This document shows positions 26,851-39,147 of a stretch of 64,000 nucleotides of DNA, one piece after another. The stretch comes from Haplodiscus bocki. Its lineage: Eukaryota. Positions within the stretch are counted from its first letter, which is position 1; each line of letters starts with the position of its first letter. Below the pieces are notes generated by a model. That model ran no database searches, was not told where the DNA came from, and saw only the letters and a program-made list of their open reading frames with translations. Location: assembly GCA_965655095.1 (NCBI GenBank), contig CBFHFQ010000365.1, forward strand, positions 1 through 64,000. The letters run 5' to 3'. The translations under genes and the position numbers were made by a program.

Positions 26851-28859
26851 AATATAGTGTCACGTGCCAATTCAGTTGGGAGGGCAAAAAAATGATTTCA
26901 CATTCTTCTGAAATTGTAATTTTATGCGTTTTGTTATCTTCATGAGCTGCATTTGATTTACAAGTTCACTTTCTTGTAACACGAAATCATCTATAAACGA
27001 TTTTAAATTAAATTTTGTTCTCGCCAACGTTGTCGGTTTCACTTTAACGCCTAACTGCAGTTGTATCTTTAACCAATGGTTCATTTGAACATTTCAATTC
27101 TCTCTTTTTCTATATGTACATATATAAATATATATAAATATATAAAACAATTTTTGTTTTTACCGTCTTGCTCTTCTGCAGTCTTTCTATGCTGTTCGGA
27201 GATTCTCTGATCTCGAAAATTTGTGCTAATCTATGTTTTCTTACAATCGAGCGTTTTGTTTTTTTTTCGCCTGTAACAACGAAGTGTTTTTCGCATTTGT
27301 CACGCTCACTCTAACCAGTTTCATGTGAAGCTTGTCCTAAAATTCTACAAGGCTTAGTGTTGTTACTTTGTAGCTCCGCTCATTAAACTATAAGTTTGCT
27401 TTGATTGAAAAAAGTCAATTCCTTTCGAACGAGTCTTCATCCTCACTTTCATTTTGAACTTCAATTGGATATACATACATGTCAATTTTATTGAAAAAAT
27501 GTTCTTTTGTTGATCGAAATGGCCGAAAGTTGATTTTTGACGGCCGAAAATCTTTTTTCAAACGAAAAATTTTAAACCCTCACAGAAAAAATTACAACGT
27601 TGACTTCTATCAGAAAAGCATCAAACGCATTACTTTCTGTGATACCTTGACGTTTTGTTTTAATTGTCTTGTTGAATATCGGTTTCTTTCTTAGCATTAA
27701 ATCTGCACTGTCTGTAAAAGTTTATTTATTTCTTCTTTCTTGGTAACATTTTTTATGAAAATATTTGGACCAAGTTTTTTTTGTTTCAAATCAATTGCTG
27801 CAGCTCTTTTACTTTGCCTAAAAAAGATTCTCTTTATTTCCACCGAAATTGTTTTGTCCACTACTAATGAATTTATTCCGTCGATTGTAGTCGTTCTTTA
27901 TTTCCAAGAAGTGCATTTGAGATGAGGTACTACAAAATGTAGTCTAAGCTGAAGAATTCCTGACAATTGACTAACAAAATTCTTACTACTGAGGAACAAG
28001 TCGCAATTATTACAACAATTTTGGGAATAGTTTTCAATGTTCTTTTGAAAATTGATCAATGTAACTTCTGACTTTTTCAATTTTTTACTCTGATGAAAGT
28101 TCCTTTCTTATATTTTCTTTTAAATGATAAGTACAACAATATACACCATACTACTACCAAGTTCTTGAATGTCTTTAATAAGATTTATAAAAGGATATTA
28201 GAAATGAATGAACTTGTATAAAAATTGTAACTTTTTCCATTTTTTCCAAATGACACTTTTCATAATTCGAGGAAGCTGATTTTTGGGAACTGACTTGTGT
28301 ATTATTGTATCTGTTAAATTGGGATTCAGTTCTGTAATTGTTGGAGCAATATTAAATTCCCCATCTTTGTTTTCAATAAGTTTGCAGACGTTCTGCGAAT
28401 TGCTGAGTTCCTCATCGTATGATGTAGTCCTTTATACAAAGAAAACTTTCATTGCATTTGTTTCTTTTGAGATGGTTTTAATTCAATTGCTTCATTCAAT
28501 TTTCTATCACATAATTTACAAAACTCACAGAATCGATTTTAATCAGCATTTTCATCGTAATTGTTATCAATATGAAAAGTGATCTTTAATTATTTTTTGT
28601 TTTTTTTTCATTGAAATAAGTATGACAAACAACAATGATTACACACCTTCATGGCTCCTAACTGTGTTATTTACATTTTTACAATTTTTAAATTTCGCTT
28701 CCATACCTATTGCAGGCAAAGGTTTTTTTTTAAAAAAATGTTCATTAAAAAACACTTTTGATCATCCTTCTCTAACAAACACCCAACTCTAATACTCACA
28801 CTTTTCCGCAAATGCTCGATTTTTTGACAAATCTTGTAGTTTTTTTGAATACAAAGTAC

Positions 28860-29690
28860 GTTTCCAAGTACAGCCTCAATTTGTGTTACTGGTTTCTTTT
28901 TTGATTTCAAAAATCGGTTCTTTACAGCTTTAGGGCAATGTTTCTGAGTACCAAGTTGGTATTGCATCTCCTACACTTTTTGTAAATCTATAATGTTCAT
29001 AACTACAATTTGAAATATCTCCTGTAGAGAAATTGTTACTTAGGTTAGATGTTCGTATTCAATCTCATATTTCAAATATTGATTTTCTCTTCTTACGATA
29101 ATCTTCGGAAATACTGTAGGCTTCACTTTCAAAAGACTTTATCTCTACTCATTTTGGTGTCATTTTTCTTGAAAGGATGAATATAGTTATCCTTTTTTCA
29201 AGTCTTTATGGTTTTTTGTCAAACCAGTCTGCATTTCTCCCTTCGAATCTCGGTTTTTTAGGGGAAGATCATAGTTTGTTCTACTAATTTTTTTTTCGAA
29301 AACTGCTCCTTTAAAATATACTTAGTAAGTTTTTTGATGACTTTATTTAGTGAGATTACTGTAGAACTTTACTTACAAGTTCTTCCTGATCATCTGCTTT
29401 TAATAAACTTGTTTTACAATGGGATTTTCGAATCACTTTGGAAGAATCATTTGCTTAGTTCGAGATTTTTATTTTTGAATGGTATTCTGTTTTATATGGT
29501 ATCCACTTTCACTAAAAATATCAATCACAACTAGAATTTATCTATGTCATGAACTTTTCTTTCTTTCATAATCAGTCGCTTTTATTAGAACCAAACTCCA
29601 AGTTTTGTCCGTGTCTTAGACGACAGTTTTTTTGGTGTCATGTTTTTTGCAGCGGACTTAGAAAAACTTTTTCATTATATATGTCACCTA
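28860..29690 (-). pseudogene. Retroviral-like (RVE) integrase of the Maverick
   Basis: DKTWSLVLI..DY..ILVVIDIFS, LLKADDQEELV (TD.G.EF), KGAVFEKKISRT (ER.NRT), ADWFD, IRTSNLSNNFSTGDISNCSY. Confidence 0.88.
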
Positions 29691-29819
29691 ACATTTAATT
29701 TACCATTGCAAAGTAGATTTACGAAATAGTTGATCATGCTTGCCCAATTTTGAACGCACGTTACTCTTTTTTCTTTGGAAAAGGAAAGTATTATACACCG
29801 AAACTAAAGGAAAATCCTC

Positions 29820-30171
29820 TTAATTTACCGGATTATGACAGTGGGTGGGCATGTTTAGTGAATATATTACTTCTTTTGGTCTCACCTTTTTGCCTATCAG
29901 TAGTCTGGAAATTAGTGGCTAGCAGCATCAAACCAACCCAACTCATGCTCACTAACCCTTTATTCCTCACTTTTTTTTCTTACTACATTTCTCCCCAACC
30001 GTTTTCGATATGAACGAATTTTTTTCATTGATTTATTTCGTTAGAGATAAGGAGGAAAATGAGGAAACAAAGGCAAAAAATGAAGCATTTATTCGCAAAT
30101 TTTTGAAGGAAAATAGGAGAGATGTGAAGTGGATTGGACTTCTGTTGTTAGCTACTAATTTTGAGGGTATT
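29820..30171. repeat. Right terminal repeat of the Maverick (inner inverted segment 29820-29898 plus unit U 29899-30171)
   Basis: agtagtctggaaattagtggctagcagc ... gttgttagctactaattttgagggtatt. The core ttcgttagagataaggaggaaaatgaggaaacaaagg matches 13939-13975 on the same strand. Confidence 0.8.
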
Positions 30172-32604
30172 TGCTATGTTTATTTTCACTAATCACCGTT
30201 TCTCTCCTTTTCTCATCAACTGCTCACAATTTTTACACGAGTGGATTGGGATATGCACTGCTGCAGTAAGGACTTTGCGTTTAACCATAAATTTTTTTTC
30301 GTTCCTGTTTGTCTGTACACATGGGTTGAATGGAGCACACGCGGTTTTGTACTTTTCAGTTTCTTTTTTCTTTACGTATCACTTCTATATATTTTAAATC
30401 TGCACTGAGTCGTTAGTAGTGAGAAAGTTAGCCTTTTGGTCACTCTATTTTGGTGCCGCAATCTCTTTTTCTTTTGGTGGGATTGATACAAATTGTTTCG
30501 CAATACTAGAAGAGTGTTTGTTCATCATGATTTTTTGTTCGAGTGCGCTTTCACATTTGGTTTTCCCGGTTTGCAACTTTTCAACTAAACAATTTTTTAA
30601 AAGACTTGGTGTTGGTTTTGCATCTTTTACTTTGTTAACATTCGCAGTTGCGTCCTTACCAAAGAAGTGATGTAATAGGAGAGATTAGCGTTTGATTCAT
30701 ACCCTATAGGTTCTTGAAATGCAAAAAATAAAGGTAATGAAAGACAGAATAAATGCTACAATTAAGGACATACTATAAATGCATACTGACATCGTGGTTT
30801 ACATTTGCCTCAAATGTGCATGGAATTTGGCATACTTGAAAAACAATGCCTGGGTCATTCTACTTGAAAAACCACTCAGGTAAAATTCTGTGAAAAATTC
30901 TGTGTTTTTTTAAAATTCTGTGAAAAGAGTAATCTGTGGTACAGTAGTTAAAGTGCCTGTGCGGTTCAGAAAAATACCTAGCGGAAAGCTTCGTTTTTTT
31001 CTGAATATTTTTCTGCGTTGAGGCTACAACTGGGATATTCTAAATCGTCTTAAGTGGATCCCTAGGTCAAAAAAATATCTTCCTCTTTTTCCAACATTAT
31101 TTACTGTTCTGTGTTGTTCTCTCATGATCATTCAGCCTGTCGCTTTAGGTTGTCTTGTTTGTAGTGGACCCTTGGTCATCATTGAAGTCATGTACACCTA
31201 GCATTTTCCTGGATGAAAGCGCAACTTGTTTGCAACAGTGCAGCTGTTCCTTTGATTTTTTTTTTAAAAATGTGATAAGCAGGAACCAGGAATAGTCCTG
31301 ATTTGATAAAAGTGGTAGTCATGTGAAATTTTATCCCATTTTTTCGCTCCGAAAATTTTAAAACGGAGTCTCTTTATAACGCAAAGGCTAGATTATTCAA
31401 TAATCTCTCAAAATTCACTCCAGCACTTTCGATATATGCAACAATCGATGGAATAATATTCCTCTTCAATTTGGTTCACTTCAGAAGTTCAGGCCGTTCC
31501 CTTTCAACAAAATAACAGTTGTAAGTTTTCAGACGACTTTGTAGATTTCTAAACTCGAGCTCGTTCTGCACACAACAACATGATGCCTATCAATAAAATT
31601 GACCACAACCGGAAGCAGCATGTGCAGTATTGCTTTTTAAATGCATCTTTTGACTACCAACTGTTTCCTAATTCAGAAGTTTCTGACGAAATTTGTCTAA
31701 GAAAAGGAATTCTCAAGATGTTTGGTCTTCTCTAAAGATGTTATATCTTTTTGGAGAAGACAAACAAGTCAACTCGGCCTTGCGCATTAAATATGGAGCC
31801 CCAGTGAATCAATGGAGTGCTGATGAGGTTGCGCATGCTCCTAGAGAGGTCTTCTGGACATCTAATATGTCAATATAAAGAGCCACTTTTCGAATTTCCT
31901 TGGTGTCCGTGATGATTGGGTGGAACGGGTTTTATGATCCGGATGAACTTCTCCTTGGTATTTTTTTAAAAATCTTGCGCCTGAACTCGGTGTTCATGGA
32001 TTGAACGCAGAGAAAACAGTTTTACACGATTTTCTAAAAAAAACATATTGAAAACAGTCTTAAATTGAAGCGTTTGTTTACTTTAAAGATTGTTATGTTT
32101 ACTGAGGCCCTGATTGCCAACTTTTGGGTAACTTCCCACATCAAAATCACATCTGGGTTACAAGGGTTCTCTTTTGTTGTGTTCAGGGATCTGATTTTGT
32201 TCGCTTCCGGATAGTTTCTTCTGAGTCTTCGGATAACAGTCTAAACTATTATGCATTTTCAAGCCGGAACTTTACTTATTTTAGGGCTTTGATCGATAGC
32301 GAGATTGCACTATAGCCGGCCATTTAGCTCAATCATTTCTGCGCTAACTCTTTGCCGAGACATTGTTGCATTTTTTCTAAGTTCGAAATCCATAACTTTT
32401 CAGTCAGGCGTGAAGGCAACTTCTGTTTTTGATTTTCATTCGGTAAACTGAAAGGAGTTTTGTTAAAATTCATTTATTTTTTAAAAAAAGTTTCAAATCG
32501 CGCTGAAATTACTAGCCCAACCATGAAAATTTGCTAATTTTCTCACCATTTTAAGTCCATTTATAGGTGATGAATATGGAGAAAGGGCTTTTTAGCCATT
32601 GTTA

Positions 32605-33330
32605 TTTTTCGCCGCGCATGTAATATGCAAGAAAAATTATTCATTCAGTAGGGTCTTTTTTTCAGTCCGAAATTTCTAACTCTTTTAATTCAAAAAGAAT
32701 GACAGCAGTGGAATTAGGACAACAACGTTCTGAAGCGGTAGGTCCGGGTTCGAATCCAAGCCTTTACCTACATTTTTTAACATTACTAAAACGACAGAAA
32801 GTCGTGATGCCCCCCTTTTATACATGAGAAGTTTCGAGACCAGAATTTTTTTTGAAACCAGAAAGGGTTCCCCTACGAAGTTTTTTGATACTGAGACAAA
32901 CCTTCCGACACAAAATCGTGATATCCCACTCTTATGCATAAAATTTTTCGATACCCCAAATTTTTTGTAATACCAAAGTGCTCCCCTACGAATTTTATCG
33001 GCGCTGTGAGACAAAAAATTTTCAAAGGAGAATAGGGATATTCCTTTCTTATACATAAAAATTTTTGATACCCGAAATTATCTGAAACGCCAAGTGTTCC
33101 CCAACGATTTTCTTCGGTACTGTGAGACAAAAAAAATTGGAAGAAAAGTCGTGATACCCCTTTTTCAGTAATACTGCTTTTGCAGAAAATATAGAAATCA
33201 GTGGTCGAATTGATGTTTGTATAAAACCTTCGAAAACTAGATTTTAAACAGTAGTCTCGTTTTCAACTGTTTGCAAATGTTAATCAAAATGTTTGTATTC
33301 GGAAGAAAAATATGTGCCGGTCTTGTATCG
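32605..33330 (+). mobile_element. Non-autonomous Helentron-like composite: tRNA-like head plus ~115 bp tandem repeats
   Basis: Shares both ends with 42655-43722; B-box ggttcgaatcc at ~32747; the (c/g)(g)tgata-type motif recurs at 32804, 32918, 33036 and 33151. Confidence 0.7.
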
Positions 33331-35643
33331 TAATTATATAAGCATGGGGGCTCTGTGATTGGTCATCGGATTGCCAGAGCTGACCAGAAAAATCGTCTAC
33401 AGATTAACGTGTAAAGTTTCACCGGTACTGCTTCTTAAGGAATGACGTCTAAACTGAAAAATTGGATTATATCAATTAAAAAACTGGCAAAATTGTCTAA
33501 AATAGATTGGTACGACTAGAAAACGGAATGCATTTAAAAACATCGTTAAACCAAAAATAACATCCGATATTGTCTCAAAGTTTCAACCGAGAGGGACATT
33601 TTCATTGTTCTTGAAAACACTGTTCTCAATATGGGCAAAAAACATAGACGCATGCTCATCGTTGACCGTTACGAAGGTCCTGCAAAAAACACCTTCCTCG
33701 ATTTTACTTTTAAAATGTTTGTTCAGTGGATTCTTAATCTGAACCACCTTTTTTGGGTCAAGCGTCACCACGTGTGTAATCTGTAACAACTCATTATGAT
33801 CAACTTCAATGCATTGGAGCAAATCTTCAGGGGCATAATAGTATGGCATATTCATGGCCAGCACTGCTACACCATTTATTTTCTTGGGAGGATTTAACAG
33901 TCTGGTCTTGGCTCAACTTATTTCTACTTGACCTTTTTGACAGCTTTCGCACAAAATGGTTCATAGGAGGAAAACAGGCAAACTATTCACTCGCCGTGTT
34001 AATTTTGCAACAAAAATTTGCCAACTACACGCTTCCATCAAACCTGCATGCTCCTGTCGGATGTTTTGACAGCACCAAACTGTAGCAACAGTAACTTTGA
34101 AGAAAGCGTGCTAAAGTGATGTTTCTTGAAAACCTGAACTTTTCATTCCGTAGTCAGTTTCTTGAAACTTTAGTTTCATTTGAAAGTTGAAATGCTACTC
34201 TTTTGGGAGGGTTTTGTTTTATTTTCTCGATAAGAAACAGTATTTGAACAACTCAGATTTGTTAACGCAATTTTTAATCAAAATATATTCGGACATGAAA
34301 ACGAAGAAAAGCCAAAAACAAAAAGTTTTACATAAGAAAAGTATCAAAAACTTTAAATATTCCTCTAATAGGATTATGTTTTAGATTTCCTCTTTTTGAT
34401 ACTATTCTGTTCTGTTGTATGGTTGCCGCTTCTAACGAATTGGTATAAAATAGACCGATAAAGTTAACAAGATCTAAGCAATGAGAAAAGGATCAGAACA
34501 GAAGTGAAGAAGGCATTAACTTCTGTATGTTATTAGCATACATTATTAGAATTGAAACGTTTTTCTCTATCGCAGTTTACTCGTCATTCCACAGATGTTA
34601 TGCCGCTTTCTCTAACTGCGTCACTGTTGTACGGGTGGTACCATAATAAAGAGGAGAAGCTCACTTTTTTCCTGCCTTACAAGAGTTTTGAAAAAAACTG
34701 TGTTAGGCTAGAAGATAGAGTACGAGGTTATTGAACAGCACTACTTCACCATGTATGTCCTCAGGCGGCGATTGTCAATACTGTTTTGGCTACAAAGTTA
34801 AGATAATGGTGTTATCAGAAGAGTTGGAATGTTTTTATCTGTTCCTTAAGTCAAGAATAATAAGCTAAACGGGAGTCCAATGCCTTTTTCTACCAAGAGG
34901 AATACAATCAACCAACATTATACATTATACCTGCTATTGACATCTAACCTGTCTCAATTTCGGGGGAATTTCAGGTCATCGAAATGGTGGCATACCAGAA
35001 TTATACGGCGAAACTTTCAACATTCCAGATTTTTACTACTTTAGAATAGGTCAATGTTTTTTCCTGCGGTTCAGTCATAAACTATCGAGTACCCAAAATG
35101 CCTAGACCCTGTTTATTCACTCTTAACTCTCCGCGTTTCGTGTATGGGTGTGGGGAGCATCACAAAATTTTTGCCGGAGCCTCTAGTTTTTTAGTTTATT
35201 AATAAGCGCTCATGTAATTTTGATCAGTCATGGCTTCTAACTGAACGCAATTCAAGTATTCCCTAAAAGAAAGCATTGTTTCAAGTAGACTTAAAGTTAG
35301 GCTTTCTCATCATTTTTTTGCTCCGAAGCCAAAACAAAATTTCACGGAAATGTAAGTAAATGAACAGAGATCTTCAGTAGAAGATTTTCTGTGAGTTTTT
35401 GAAAGATAGCGTTTGGACCCAGTCTGTTTTCATTATCGCTTTTTCGATCAACAGAGGCTACGAAGCGTTCATAGTGGACACAAGGCCCTATTTTACCCTT
35501 TCGAATTTTTACGGCGTAGAATTTGTATTTGCAGAGAACCTATTAGCCAAAACAAGCTTAAAAAGACGATTTTTTTCTTTTTTTTCAGTGCTTTCGCTAC
35601 AACAATTCACCATCAGTACCATTGACTTAATAGAAGTGCCTAC

Positions 35644-36500
35644 TGTGGTAAGTCTCCTCCCGATCTGAGTCAGTTGAAGTGCTGACCTGACGAACTTCGG
35701 AATAGTGATCATTCAGGTATCGATCCCCAGTGGGTTCCCGGTTTTCTGAGTCGTTGTTCCGGAAGTCCAAACTTGCGGGTTCAGAAGAAATTCGTCGAAC
35801 TTTGACAAAGCACCCAAAATATGTGACTCCGTCCAACTAAATTCTTGAGACAGTTTTTTAGTGACCCTCCCTTCTATTTCCTCTGACACTTGGGTGATGT
35901 ACTCTTCAGTCATCTCCAGAACGAATGCATTCCGTGACTGGCCGTTCCTAGCACTTTCTTGTGTATCTCTCGAGACAGCTGCTAACTTTCGTTTTCCTTA
36001 GTGTTGCCATAATGCGGAAGGGGAAGAAACCCAACAGTTTTGAAGACCGAAATAGGGTTTTTAGTTTTTTAATAACAAATGGTGTTTTAATGAAATGCAA
36101 TTTCATCTTTCAGAGGGAAAAAATTCAATCAGTACAAACAGTTAATAATGAAACAGAATTCCTCGTACAATACCAAAGGCTGTAATTTATATAATGATAG
36201 TACTCTTGTTTCTCCTTTTTATACCCTTTCCTTGGCGGGAAACATACTTGTTTACACGCCAATTCAAGGTACAAACAGGGAAAAGTGCTTTATTTATATT
36301 ATTTACAAAGGAAAAATGCCGACTCTGGCGGGAAATAAACACTTCTCCGTCCTTTTCTTCTTTTCACCCTTTTAGACCGCATATTTTCCATCTTTCGACT
36401 AAAAAATGCACGGAATAGTGGAACTCGTGCAGAATAAACAATTTTTTTGATCTCGTACATAATTCAACATAGTTTCGCACCTTCTGGCGGGAATTTTTAC
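35644..36500 (-). mobile_element. Partial LTR (3' half) of the long-LTR family with a gag-like 5' fragment
   Basis: Minus strand encodes MATLRKTK..EEYITQVSEEIEGRVTKKLSQEFSWTESHILGALSKFDEFLLNPQV, homologous to 63512 onward, and stops at ..ccaCA, the same point as the solo LTR. Confidence 0.8.
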
Positions 36501-39147
36501 CTGAAAGGACTTCGAGAAAAGTTCAACAAATTACGTTTCATGGCAATGAAGGCACCTTCAAGCCTTCAAGTACGTTGGTTGTTTTGAATCAAACGTATAA
36601 TATAGGATTTAGAGGACTCATAGACGCTATGGTGTGTCAGGTTTTTCTTTGTCTTCGTTCGATAATTTTCAAGCAGAATTTTTTCGAAAAATTCAACATT
36701 TCTTGTTTCTAGGCGGTATTTCATCGTGAACACCTAGAAAGGAGTTGCGGAGTATACTTCCATCGTAGTTGAGCCTTTGAAGACCATGAATCAAGATGAC
36801 AGTTCAGGAAGGAAGTTTTTTCGTTGATTTTTTGGCGAGGAGTTTCGACAGAACCAGTTCTGTTTCTCACTTTTTGGAGATTTCATTCCTTTTGAAAGGT
36901 TTTAAATGGCTAGCATGTACAAAGTAAGTACTGTATCAGAAAAACCAAAAAATATATATCGCAGAGACGGTAGATTTTTTGAGGGACATATGAAAATTTA
37001 GCCTAAGGCGGCTGTAAAATTTTACTTTTATGTCAAAATGTTAATTTCTTGCTTTGGTTCTCCTATCGCTTTCTATAAATCACGTGTTGTTATCCACTGT
37101 GGAGTCGAATAGAGTTGTAATTTTTGGCCAAATAAACTTTCACGGGCAACGTTCATGCCAGAAATGCCAGTAGGATCTAGAAGATTTTGGCCAAGTTTTG
37201 ATTGATTTCCTTATGTTCAAATATTGTCAAAAAAACGTACGCTTGCAGCACAAGGCTCAGAGAGTTGCAGTGTTCATCGAAGACTTGGAACTGCTTGACC
37301 TCATAAGTCTCACCCAAAAGTCTTCATCGTATTGGTTTAATTTGAGCTCTTTGAATAGACAATATATTATATGGGAAATCCATAGCATACATAAATTTTA
37401 GTTTTGTGTCGAATCACTGCAATTTTTATACTTTTGAGTCAGAATACTATCAAGAAAATCAACATGTTTGAGCTCTGTGCAAACTCAATTCAACCATTAA
37501 TACAAATGTGGAGCTTTTATGCTGATGATGCCGTACACTGGTTAGTGTGTGATCCGGTTGGTTTTTTATAACTGGATCGCCATTTTTTGTTTGAAGCTAC
37601 GTTTTCAATTAAGCATTTAAACTACTGCAGTCAGTTCGTTTACGTTGTTCAAGTTTAAGACCACATTTGCAGAGACAGGTCACCTTGCCACGCTTTTGGC
37701 ACATGAAATACCGCAATGTCAGTTATCAGACAGTTTTACCACAGCGGCGCATGTATTTCTCCCAAACTGAGAAACAATGGAACTCTCAATTGCTGATCTG
37801 TTAGCTTGGTCCAGATTTTGCTAGGGACGGCGTTAATGCCAGCCGAAAACAAACGCCTTGGTAGGACTTCAATCATTTGAGTCTCACTTCTGTCCGTTAT
37901 CGATTGGTTAGAATCAAAATCACTCAATGCATCCATTCAATGCCTTAAAACGAGTCAGATGGCGTCCTTTGAGTTTTCACTTTGTCCACAATGATTTCGC
38001 AGTTTTTTCAAACGATAAACATGGGAAACATGGCTTACCTGAGAAAACTGACTTTTGCAAACGAAACCCAAAAGGTGCTTTGAAATATGTCGATTTTTCA
38101 AATCTTGTGTCAATTTTCTTTATGTTTGAGCTCATACGATCTAGGAATACTTGCTTTATCTCAAACCTGAGAGCCGTTCCTTACGTAATTCTCGGTTCTT
38201 CCTACCGATGGAAGATAGGATCAGGGATGCTTTCCTTAGACGTCTTAATTTTAAGTTCCTCTCCTGAACTTCTCAAGTAACACCGAAACAACAGATGCTT
38301 GACATTAGTTTGAAAGGCAGATTTTGCTGAATGCAAAGTCCGATTGTTTTTGATCTTTTGGGGAGATTTTGGATCATTGCCATTTCCGAATGGTTGATAA
38401 TCAGATGTCTTGTTTTCACTGCATTTCTGCTAACCCCAACTTGGTGGTAATTGTCCACCATTTTAGGGCAATCCTCAAGGGAATCGGAATTGCTCCTATA
38501 TTTCAAATTATTTTTTCTACTTTGAACAGTTGAACAGTGCACCTTTTCTTGTCTCCTAATTACTTCTGGTACAATCAAAGTACATTTTTGGTGACTTTTT
38601 TGCACAAAAATTCATTTATTTATTTTTTGAGTTTTGCTAAAGTTTATCTTTTCCTCTATTTCTGTTGAGTGCAATAAATTGATGCGGCTTAGTGTCATTA
38701 TAGGAGGGCTAAAAGTGTCATTTGGTTCAAAAATTTAGCTATAATATTTGAGAAGACTCGTTTTCTTTACATAAAAAATTCTCTTTGTTTTGCCTGGAAA
38801 TGTCATTGTTTTCCTCATGTCTCTTTACTACTTTTTCTGGTCCATGGTCACAGTAGAAGATATTTTGAAAACTTTCAATTGGCAAAAAGTTCATGAAAAA
38901 CGCAACTTTTCCCAGAAATTTTTCTCAGTGATCACTTATTATGTTGGAACGATAGTCCCTGTGTCTCATGTCTCAACTGGTGTTTCATTCGGGCTATTAA
39001 AATCAATACAATTTTTAGATTCCGGCAGTTAGTTTTCTTTTAGTGATTTGTAAGGAATAAATGTTACAGAATCTGATTGCGTCAGATTGAGTAGTTTTCT
39101 CACCATAAGTCTAACAACTTTACATTCTTTTGAATACAGTGTCTAGT

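Larger units (their letters stand above)
13797..30171. mobile_element. Full-length but decayed Maverick/Polinton (adintovirus-like endogenous virus), ~16.4 kb
   Basis: Related terminal repeats at both ends, plus stop- and frameshift-ridden remnants of protease, pentons, ATPase, major capsid, pPolB and RVE integrase, the canonical Polinton gene set. Confidence 0.92.

Noticed and set aside
26850-29690. Initial impression that the Maverick lacks an integrase
   Set aside because: Frame-by-frame reading of the minus strand recovered RVE motifs at 28860-29690.
33583-33864. Kinase fragment suggested by MPYYYAPE
   Set aside because: No other kinase subdomain motifs nearby.
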